From NCBI GenBank assembly GCA_003194425.1, contig PQXB01000001.1, positions 940,444 to 972,443 on the forward strand: 32,000 bases of DNA, read 5' to 3'. The stretch comes from Candidatus Methanophagaceae archaeon (GTDB taxonomy: Archaea > Halobacteriota > Syntropharchaeia > Alkanophagales > Methanospirareceae). Numbering within the stretch: the stretch's first letter is position 1; the number at the start of each line of letters is the position of its first letter. Under the pieces are notes generated by a model. That model saw nothing but the letters and a program-made list of their open reading frames with translations, was not told where the DNA came from and searched no databases. Below are positions 22,979-30,388 of the stretch, in pieces. The translations under genes and the position numbers were made by a program.

Positions 22979-24541
22979 TTAGTCCTTCAATTTAACTTTA
23001 ACTACTCTACACCGCTTTTTTATAATCCTCAAATATTCAGGGATGAGTTCAATTAATATTGCTTCCCTCCCCAAATCCTGAGCAACCTTGCCAGTCGTTC
23101 CCGAGCCTGCAAAAGGGTCTAAAACAACGCCTCCCGACGGACAGCCAGCTAAAATGCATCTTCGGACAAGTTTCTCGGGAAAGGTAGCGAAATGACTTTC
23201 GGGAAAATGTTGCGTTTTTATATTCCAAACATCTCCGGGGTTTTTACCTTTTGGGTGCGGCTTTACTGTCTGTAGAACCAGGTGGCATTCAGTAACCCAG
23301 CGGTCATAAATATCGTCAAAACCAAGAATCTCCTTCAATCTGAACCAGTCGTCTGGCAGAGGGATTGAACCGCCTCTCCCCCAACTGCCTGCGTCTTTCC
23401 TGAACCAATGACCAGCAGTGGCACTGTAGCCCAATAATTTGTCAATCTCTTTTGTAGTAATGCCGCTCTTTCTTCTCCAGAAGCGGAGATAATCCGCGAT
23501 TACGGGTTGAAGGATTTTGTATCTCCTCTGCAAGACCAGGTATTCGCCGAAAAGGGATTTTCTCGCTCCCGGAGATGCTCCTCGGTTGTCTGGACTTGTT
23601 TTATACTTGCCTTTATAATTATAAGAACAGGACGGAGAAGAGGTAAAAGAGGAGGCAGAAGAGGTAAAAGAGGAGGCAGAAGAAGTTCTTAATTCCTTTT
23701 TATCATCAAAATCCACCACAGAAGGAAGTTTTGGTCTTGGAAATTCTTTACAATCCCCACTGGGGTAGACCAAATCAATCTCAATCTTCGATTTTTCAAA
23801 GAAATCATTAACAATTGCAAGACTTTCCTCCCCGTCCTCCCACCTCACTAAAGCGAGAACACAGCCGTCTCCGTCTTTAGTGCGATAAACTTTCTTAACA
23901 CACCCTTCTCTCTTCCCTTTTTTATCCTTGAACAAAGTATTTCTTACCGCAAGTCCTAGAATATCTTCGGGTCGTTTATTAATCGTAAAATTGCTACTAA
24001 CCGGCAGTCTCAATTCGTCAACCGAGAAGTAGTATTTATATTTACTCCCCTTCCGCACAAACAGAAACACCGGCTCGTAAACGTTCGTGAATCTGCTCTC
24101 TACGGAAGAAGGCATCGCATTTGGCTTATTCCAGATGATTTTATTCAGGAGTGCCCAGCCGTTCCTTTGAAGTTCAGCAGCCAGCAGTTCCGGTATGAGC
24201 AACAACTCTTTGTTCTGATATTTGTAACCCACATTTAAAAAGAAAGTTCCTGTGGGCTTTAACACACTCTTTACCTCGTTAAAAACATCAACAAGTGTTT
24301 TTATGTAGTCAAGATAGGAATCTTCCTGGCCGATTTGATCGGGGTGTTTGTAATCTCGCTGCTTCCAATACGGCGGACTTGTTACGACACAATCAACAGA
24401 CTCAGCAGGTAAGAGTGACAGGGCTTTTTTCACATCGCCAATGTAAACAGTAACTTTCCCTGGTTTTGCATTAATTTCACTGCCAGCAGAGAGTTCTACA
24501 AGTGTTAGTTGCTCTCCGTTCCAAATATTTTTATATTTCAT
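22979..24541 (-). CDS. DNA methyltransferase, beta-class, motif IV SPPY (N4-cytosine-type signature), with a roughly 230-aa central insertion
   Basis: Motif IV reads VDCVVTSPPYWKQRDY. Motif I reads VLDPFAGSGTTGKVA near the C-terminus. I use ATG 24541 (MKYKNIW), 5 nt after the purL stop; ATG 24565 is the alternative. There is no adjacent endonuclease ORF. The gene is AT-rich relative to purL. Confidence 0.85.
   Translation of the reverse strand: MKYKNIWNGEQLTLVELSAGSEINAKPGKVTVYIGDVKKALSLLPAESVDCVVTSPPYWKQRDYKHPDQIGQEDSYLDYIKTLVDVFNEVKSVLKPTGTFFLNVGYKYQNKELLLIPELLAAELQRNGWALLNKIIWNKPNAMPSSVESRFTNVYEPVFLFVRKGSKYKYYFSVDELRLPVSSNFTINKRPEDILGLAVRNTLFKDKKGKREGCVKKVYRTKDGDGCVLALVRWEDGEESLAIVNDFFEKSKIEIDLVYPSGDCKEFPRPKLPSVVDFDDKKELRTSSASSFTSSASSFTSSPSCSYNYKGKYKTSPDNRGASPGARKSLFGEYLVLQRRYKILQPVIADYLRFWRRKSGITTKEIDKLLGYSATAGHWFRKDAGSWGRGGSIPLPDDWFRLKEILGFDDIYDRWVTECHLVLQTVKPHPKGKNPGDVWNIKTQHFPESHFATFPEKLVRRCILAGCPSGGVVLDPFAGSGTTGKVAQDLGREAILIELIPEYLRIIKKRCRVVKVKLKD
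23637..23683 (-). repeat. 21-bp x2.2 in-frame tandem repeat (GAAGAGGTAAAAGAGGAGGCA on the + strand) encoding SSASSFT x2 in the methyltransferase insertion
   Basis: Copies at 23637-23657 and 23658-23678 are identical, followed by a partial copy. Confidence 0.9.
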
Positions 24542-24546
24542 TTTCT

Positions 24547-26952
24547 CTAAATTTCCCACACCCACGCCTCTCGCACCTCTTCTAACGAAAGATTCACCAA
24601 CTCTTTCTTCTTCTCCCCTCCGTCCAGAATCTGAATCTTCTCCCCTCCCACCGTCTCGCCAATTTTGGCTGCACGAACGCCTCTTCCCCTTAGCAACTCC
24701 TCAAACCGCCTCTCTTCCTCACCCCACACCTCCACCACCCACCTCGTGTTAGACTCCGAGAACAACTTGAAATCGCTCCTCAATTTTGAATTCACCTTTC
24801 CAAGATCAACAAACGCACCAACCTCGCCGCCCCCACCCAACAGCATTTCGCAGACCGCGACCGCGAGACCGCCTTCCGAAATGTCGTGGCAGCTCGCCAC
24901 CACCCCCTCCTGCATCGCGCACCTTAACGCAGACATTCTCCGCTTCAGCACCTCCGGGTCTACCCTCGGCACAACCCCTCCTTCTACTCCTCTCCCTCCA
25001 GCTTTCACACCCCGCAGTTTAAAATACTCGCTCCCGCCCAACTCCGCTCTCGTTTCGCCCAGCAAGTACAGAGAATTCCCAGCCTCCTTTGCATCAACAG
25101 TAACGCACTCTCGAACGTCCTCGCAGAGCCCGACGCCGAGAACCGCGGGCGTAGGCGGAATCGCCTCACCCAGAACCGCCGACTCGTTGTAAAAACTCAC
25201 ATTCCCGCTCACAAACGGCACGCCGAGCGAGGACGCCACGAACCCAAGCCCACGACAGCACTCGTAGAAATCTCCAAGCCGGTCCGGCTTCTCAGGGTTG
25301 CCGAAGTTCAGGCAGTCCGCGAACGAGTGCGGAACCGCTCCCACCGCGGTCAAATTCCGACAGACCTCGTCCACCGCACTCGCAGCACCCCAGAACGGGT
25401 CCAGTCTGCAGAACGAGGGATTCACATCCGAGGAAATTGCGAGACCCTTGTAGGACTTTTCTAACGGCTTCAGCACCGCTGCGTCCCCGTGCGTCTCCTT
25501 CCCTAACCGCCCCTGCAGCGGCTTCAGCACCGTCGCACCCCGCACCTCGTGGTCGTACCGCCTCACAACAGCCTCCCGAGACGCGATGTTCGGAGCAGCG
25601 AGCAACCCCCTCAAGACTTCGTTGTAGTCCGAGGGCTCTTCTGGAACTTTTTCTTCCCGCGTCTTTCCCCCAGCCTTCCCCCCCGCCCGCCTCACTTCCC
25701 GCGGTCGCTCACAGACAGGCGACGCCACTAAAAAATCCAACTCCAACTCAAAGACCTTCTCGCCCTCGTAAAAAATCCTTACCAAGTCTGACTTTCCTAA
25801 AGTTTGCAGCGAAGCATTTTTAATCAAACTTTTCTTAAAAGTTTGTCCTACAACTACAGCATCCAAATCCCACGCCTCAAAAACCGCCAGCAACTCTTCC
25901 ACTTTTTCTCTTGAGACCGAGATTAAGAACCGTTCCTGCGACTCCGAGACCCAAATCTCCCACGCTGCAAGCCCCTCCTCTTTCAACTTCACCCGCTCCA
26001 ACCAAACATTCGCACTGCACCCGCCCGCGTGGCACATTTCGCTCACCGCACAGGACAACCCGCCACCCCCCAAATCTTTCATCCCGCTAATCAATCCCCG
26101 CTCGTTCGCCTCTAAAATCGCGTGAATCAGTGGCTCCTTCGTTATCGGGTCGCCGACTTGAACCGCACTTCTACTTCGGAACTCCTCCTCACCGGCTAAC
26201 TCACCCGAGGCGAAGGTAACGCCGTGAATGCCGTCCCGCCCGGTCTTCCCTCCGACAAGAACGAGCACCTCGCCCGGTTTCGCCCTGCTCCGCCTCAAGT
26301 CCGACTTACGCATTATTCCCACGCAGCCCACATTCACCACGCAGTTCCCCAGGTAGCCCTCGTCGAAATAGACCGAGCCTGCGCAGGTCGGAATCCCAAT
26401 CCGATTCCCGTAGTCGCTTATTCCCGCAACCACGCCCTCAAACAAGAACCTCGGGTGCTTCACCCCACCACCCTTCCCTGAGTCTCCACAATCCAGCGGA
26501 CCAAAGAACAACGGGTCAACCAGAGCCACTGGCTGCGCGCCCATGCAAACGACATCCCGCACAATCCCGCCGATTCCTGTTGCTGCACCGCCGTAAGGCT
26601 CGACCGCGGAGGGGTGGTTGTGGCTCTCGAACGCCACGACATAAGCGTGCTCCTCGTCAAATTCCACGACCCCCGCGTCCTCCTTTACCTCTAACAAATT
26701 TTGCTGCTCTTTTGCTTTAACGCCAAAAATAAACTTCTCCAAGATTTTCCGCGAACTCTTGTAGCAGCAGTGCTCGGACCACGCCTGTGCAATGCTCTGC
26801 AACTCCACTTCCGTCGGCTCTCGCCCTTTCGCCACGAAATACCTCTTTACCCGCCGCATCTCCTCTAAACTCAGCGAAAGCCCCAGCCTAGCACTTACAC
26901 TCCCCAACTCCTCGTCGCCCGCGTCCCTCACGCTCACTTCAGTCCTTTTCAT
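24547..26952 (-). CDS. purL: Phosphoribosylformylglycinamidine (FGAM) synthase II
   Basis: Motifs are AQAWSEHCCYKSS, FESHNHPSAVEPYGGAATGIGG and duplicated PurM-like domains. I use ATG 26952 (MKRTEVSVRD...). The 93-codon upstream extension in the ORF track crosses AT-rich promoter-like DNA. Confidence 0.9.
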   Translation of the reverse strand: MKRTEVSVRDAGDEELGSVSARLGLSLSLEEMRRVKRYFVAKGREPTEVELQSIAQAWSEHCCYKSSRKILEKFIFGVKAKEQQNLLEVKEDAGVVEFDEEHAYVVAFESHNHPSAVEPYGGAATGIGGIVRDVVCMGAQPVALVDPLFFGPLDCGDSGKGGGVKHPRFLFEGVVAGISDYGNRIGIPTCAGSVYFDEGYLGNCVVNVGCVGIMRKSDLRRSRAKPGEVLVLVGGKTGRDGIHGVTFASGELAGEEEFRSRSAVQVGDPITKEPLIHAILEANERGLISGMKDLGGGGLSCAVSEMCHAGGCSANVWLERVKLKEEGLAAWEIWVSESQERFLISVSREKVEELLAVFEAWDLDAVVVGQTFKKSLIKNASLQTLGKSDLVRIFYEGEKVFELELDFLVASPVCERPREVRRAGGKAGGKTREEKVPEEPSDYNEVLRGLLAAPNIASREAVVRRYDHEVRGATVLKPLQGRLGKETHGDAAVLKPLEKSYKGLAISSDVNPSFCRLDPFWGAASAVDEVCRNLTAVGAVPHSFADCLNFGNPEKPDRLGDFYECCRGLGFVASSLGVPFVSGNVSFYNESAVLGEAIPPTPAVLGVGLCEDVRECVTVDAKEAGNSLYLLGETRAELGGSEYFKLRGVKAGGRGVEGGVVPRVDPEVLKRRMSALRCAMQEGVVASCHDISEGGLAVAVCEMLLGGGGEVGAFVDLGKVNSKLRSDFKLFSESNTRWVVEVWGEEERRFEELLRGRGVRAAKIGETVGGEKIQILDGGEKKKELVNLSLEEVREAWVWEI

Positions 26953-27000
26953 CCTTCTGAAAATTGTCTTTTTTCTTTTTGAGTACAGGTTTCTTTTGTA

Positions 27001-27020
27001 AAAAGTGTAAAAAAGTGTAA
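27001..27020. repeat. 10-bp x2 perfect tandem repeat (AAAAGTGTAA) in the purL divergent promoter region
   Basis: Copies at 27001-27010 and 27011-27020 are identical. Confidence 0.85.
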
Positions 27021-27037
27021 GAAAATTTTTTAAAAAA

Positions 27038-27607
27038 ATGGAAACTAAAAATCTGAAAACGGATTTGTTGTGCCTGGGTGCAAGACTGTCGGTCTCGGAC
27101 GCGAACAAAGGTGCTGGTGAAGGCGGGAACACGAGCACGAGCACAAGAACGAGCACAAGCACAAGCACAAGCACGAGCAGGAGAGCGGGTGCGGGTCCTG
27201 CTGCGGGCGGAATGTTCATTTTTGGCGGCACGGTCGCGAATGTTCCAACGCAGAGCTGGTTCGTTTCCGCGTCGCCTTACTGCGTTTCTTCAGAAGAGGG
27301 AAAAAATGTAATAAAAAAGGACGGCGAGAAGGTTGCGGAGGTAACGTTCCCGCGTGCAAGGTTTCAGCGTCTCAAGACCAAAGACGGCGTGCCGTACAGC
27401 AAAATCGCACTCCTGCACGGCGTGGACTGCCTCGCGACTACGACGGTGCAGACCTGCGTTTACTGGAACACGCCGAAGCGGTGCAAGTTCTGTGCGATTG
27501 AACTTTCACTGAAGAGTGGGGCGACGGTAGCGAGGAAGGAGCCGGAGCAGCAATCTCTGACAACAACATATCTGACAACGGCTACGGTATTGGGTTATGG
27601 GATTTGA
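27038..27607 (+). pseudogene. Truncated radical-SAM-like gene (N-terminal portion only); start at 27038 or 27212
   Basis: The GC-rich ORF contains LHGVDCLATTTVQTCVYWNTPKRCKFCAIE, a Cys-rich CX8CX2C cluster-like motif. Coding-like sequence stops at an abrupt compositional break near 27550, and the frame ends in nonsense-like residues. The family is not identified. Confidence 0.35.
27131..27178. repeat. Hexanucleotide microsatellite (AC[G/A]AGC) x8
   Basis: The sequence reads ACGAGC ACGAGC ACAAGA ACGAGC ACAAGC ACAAGC ACAAGC ACGAGC. It would read (TS/TR)n in ORF 27038(+) or (LV)n in the spurious purL extension. Confidence 0.9.
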
Positions 27608-28809
27608 GTAACGACAACCTCATCTACAACAATTATTTCAACACAGAACTCAGGTAGAGAATGTCGTGGATAATGTTGAGCACTTTGATAGTACTGGCGA
27701 TAAAGTAAGTAATCTCGGTGATTACTACGTTGACCTGTATCACTTCGCACGTTTAATTAAAACATCCATTAACGATTCTGAAATACAAAATGATGCACAG
27801 AATGTTATGGATGCAATCACGAATGCCGTAATCGCAAACTACATTGGCTACGAACACTCTAATTCTCAGGGGATATCCATATATCTCTCGGACCCAAGAT
27901 ACAACGAGATGCATAAGATTTATGAGACCGAGGTTGTCTTCTCTCGTGATACGGATGAGTTTTTATCCACTTACAATGATTTACAACCACCAGAAACTAC
28001 GATAACGGACGGGCAGTCCAAATGGGTACTATAGATTCAGCAATGTAACATTCACATGGACAGGCACAGACGATGTAACACCAACTGCTCAGTTGGTCTA
28101 TTCGTATATCTTGGAGAGTTACGATACTTCTTGGTCGGATTGGACTTCTAATACGAGTATGGCTTACAATAATTTGCCGAATGGAAATTACACATTCAAA
28201 GTAAAAGCAAAAGATCAAGCTGATAATATAGACCCAACACCAGCCGAGAGGGCATTTACGGTTTTTGTCGGGGGAAACCTACCGCCAATCGCAAACTTCA
28301 CTTACACCCCAGAAAATCCAGTAGTAAACCAAACGATAACCTTCAATGCTTCTAATTTCTCTGACCCTGATGGTTTTATCGTGAAATACGTGTGGAACTT
28401 CGGAGATTCTTCCGCAGGTGAAGGAAAGGTTGTAACTCATTCTTATTCCTCTCCTGCGGACTACATCGTAACACTAAATGTGATTGATGATAAAGGGGCA
28501 AAGAACACGACCAGCAGAGAAGTAAAAGTAAAAGAGGAAGCGAAGCCGAGGGTCTCGATTTACAAGCAGACTTTTACGATTCCGCTTAAGGTCGGCGAGT
28601 ACGGACTCGGGTTCAACGCGTCCTGGTTCGTCACTCTCTACAACACAACGACCTACGAGGTTCTCGCGGAGAGGACACAGCGGACTGGCGGTTCGTGTCA
28701 GAGTCAGGTAAGACGGCGGAAGGAGAGGCAAAAACATCAGAAATGCGACCCGATAACGAGATTCTTCATATCTCTTTCTTGTCTTACTTCTTTTCCTCTG
28801 ATTCAATAA
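27550..28809 (+). pseudogene. Degraded gene for a secreted or surface protein with at least two frame changes. It contains a beta-helix repeat fragment, a clostripain(C11)-like C-terminal segment, a Y_Y_Y-type domain and a PKD domain.
   Basis: Frame 1, 27550-27654, reads ISDNNISDNGYGIGLWDLSNDNLIYNNYF (PbH1-like). Frame 3, 27666-28034, reads YVDLYHFARLI...QGISIYLSDP (C11-like). Frame 1 from 28006 reads PNGYYRFSNVTFTWTGTDD...YSYILESYDTSWSDW...NGNYTFKVKAKD (Y_Y_Y-like). It is followed by PIANFTYTP...WNFGDSS...YIVTLNVIDDKG (PKD). No start codon or signal peptide is present. The region is AT-rich. Confidence 0.55.
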
Positions 28810-28826
28810 AATAAATATTAGACGCG

Positions 28827-29756
28827 ATGTCGAGACAAAGACTAAAAAGACTAAAAGACGGCGAGCTCGTGCACCTGTTAGACGAAAAAGGAAAAGGAAG
28901 AAGGCACGAGATTTTGCTGAAGGCGGGCTCCTCCTTCACCTTCTCTCGTGGCACGATTTCGCACGACGAAATAATCGGGTTGGCGGAAGGAAGCACGGTG
29001 AAGTCCTCGCTCGGCAGGAGACTCGTTGTCGTCCGACCCACGCTGGCGGAGTACGTGGCGAAGATGCGGAAAGGCTCGCAGGTAATTTACCCCAAAGACA
29101 TCGCTGCGATTTTGATGCTTGCCGACATTTTTCCGGGTGCGAGCGTGCTGGAGGCGGGAACTGGCTCGGGAGCACTTACGCTGGCTCTGCTGCGTGCAGT
29201 CGGCACGGCTGGGCGGGTGGTCTCGTACGAAAGACGGCGTGAGTTTTTGGAGGTCGCCCGAAAGAACATTGAAACTTTTTTTGGCAGGGTAGCGGCGAGT
29301 GCGGAGAAAGAGGGCTTGGGGTCGGGGTCGCTGGAACTGCGGGAGAAGGACATTTACGAAGGCGTAGAAGAGGAAGAAGGTCAGGGAGAAGGGCAGAGAG
29401 AAGGGCAGGGGGAAAAGAGAGAAGGGCAGGGAGAAAAGAGAGAAAAGGAAGAATTTGACAGAATAATTTTAGACCTTTCAGAGCCTTGGCGAGTGCTTCC
29501 GCACGCCGAAGAGTCGCTCAGAGACGGCGGAATCCTGCTCTGCTACAACCCCACAGTGCTGCAGATTTTCAAACTTGCGAAGCGGCTTGAGTTGAGGCAC
29601 GCGAAGAGTTTTCGTGTAACAGGAATTTACGAGGTCGGTCTGCGGGAGTGGGAGGTGAAGGGCAGGAGCATTCGACCCGAGCTGAGAATGGTCGCGCACA
29701 CGGGTTTTATTTTTGTAGCGAGGAAATGCTCCCCCACAGAATCAAAACTACCGTAA
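28827..29756 (+). CDS. trmI: tRNA (adenine-N1)-methyltransferase TrmI (GCD14 family)
   Basis: Motifs are IYPKDIAAILMLADIFPGASVLEAGTGSGALT, FDRIILDLSEPW and MVAHTGFIFVARK. Confidence 0.85.
   Translation: MSRQRLKRLKDGELVHLLDEKGKGRRHEILLKAGSSFTFSRGTISHDEIIGLAEGSTVKSSLGRRLVVVRPTLAEYVAKMRKGSQVIYPKDIAAILMLADIFPGASVLEAGTGSGALTLALLRAVGTAGRVVSYERRREFLEVARKNIETFFGRVAASAEKEGLGSGSLELREKDIYEGVEEEEGQGEGQREGQGEKREGQGEKREKEEFDRIILDLSEPWRVLPHAEESLRDGGILLCYNPTVLQIFKLAKRLELRHAKSFRVTGIYEVGLREWEVKGRSIRPELRMVAHTGFIFVARKCSPTESKLP
28849..28869 (+). repeat. 9-bp x2.3 in-frame tandem repeat (AGACTAAAA) encoding RLKRLK at the TrmI N-terminus
   Basis: Copies at 28849-28857 and 28858-28866 are identical, followed by a partial copy. 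Confidence 0.8.
29376..29441 (+). repeat. 21-bp in-frame tandem repeat (GAAGGGCAGGG(G/A)GAAAAGAGA x2, plus a related preceding copy) encoding EGQGEGQR-EGQGEKR-EGQGEKR in TrmI
   Basis: Copies at 29400-29420 and 29421-29441 differ at 1 nt. A degenerate copy lies at 29376-29399. The block sits just before the FDRIILDLSEPW motif. Confidence 0.9.
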
Positions 29757-30154
29757 ACCGCTTCCTTCAGCCCGCCCAGGCTCGCAGAGAAGAACAAATG
29801 ACTTCTGCACGAGCAGTCGCTGCAGCCGAAGTTCTTTACGAAATCCAAGCCCTCGCACTCCAACAAATTCGCCGCGATTTCGCATTCCCTTCTCCTCCTC
29901 CCTAACGCCGTCTCCGCAAACACCACCTCCTTCACTTCTACCCCAGGACTCGCCAGAAAATAGTCAATGTGCCAGTGCAGTTTTTTGTTCTCGCCGACTG
30001 CACGCAAGTGCCGTCCCACTCGCTGCTCCAAGCCCGCGAGTGCAGAGCCGACGTAGGCGTAAAATCCGTTTTTGAACGCAATGCTTCCGAGTTTGCCTAC
30101 TTTCACTTCTCTGCTTGCACTGTTTTTTATGAGCAGCACGTAAGTCCCTTTCAT
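29627..30154 (-). CDS. DUF123 (GIY-YIG/Uri-superfamily endonuclease-like) protein
   Basis: Motifs are GTYVLLIKN...VGKLGSIAFKNGFYAYVGSA...RVGRHLR...KLHWHIDYFL and GCSDCSCRSHLF. The C-terminal roughly 40 codons overlap the trmI 3' end. Confidence 0.75.
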   Translation of the reverse strand: MKGTYVLLIKNSASREVKVGKLGSIAFKNGFYAYVGSALAGLEQRVGRHLRAVGENKKLHWHIDYFLASPGVEVKEVVFAETALGRRRRECEIAANLLECEGLDFVKNFGCSDCSCRSHLFFSASLGGLKEAVYGSFDSVGEHFLATKIKPVCATILSSGRMLLPFTSHSRRPTS

Positions 30155-30388
30155 TTCCCTCCTGCTTTCCTTTTATTTTTATCTTTGCAGATTGGTTTGT
30201 CTACTAATTAACAAATCAATGGATTGACGGATAATATAAAACAACTAATTTATTTTATGGTAAAAAGGGATAGGAAAGGAAGTTTATAATAGCATGCCCA
30301 ACAGGTTCGTGAAGGATTAAAGAAACCAAAAAAGCAAGAGGCTTATGAGTGTGGTAAGAATATTTATTAATTTTTAGACAAACCATTT

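Noticed and set aside
26953-27231. A 93-codon N-terminal extension of the purL ORF containing an (LV)n tract that could pass for a signal peptide or TM segment.
   Set aside because: The conserved PurL N-terminus begins at ATG 26952 (MKRTEVSVRD...). The extension crosses AT-rich promoter-like DNA with a 10-bp repeat. The LV tract is simply the reverse reading of the ACRAGC microsatellite.
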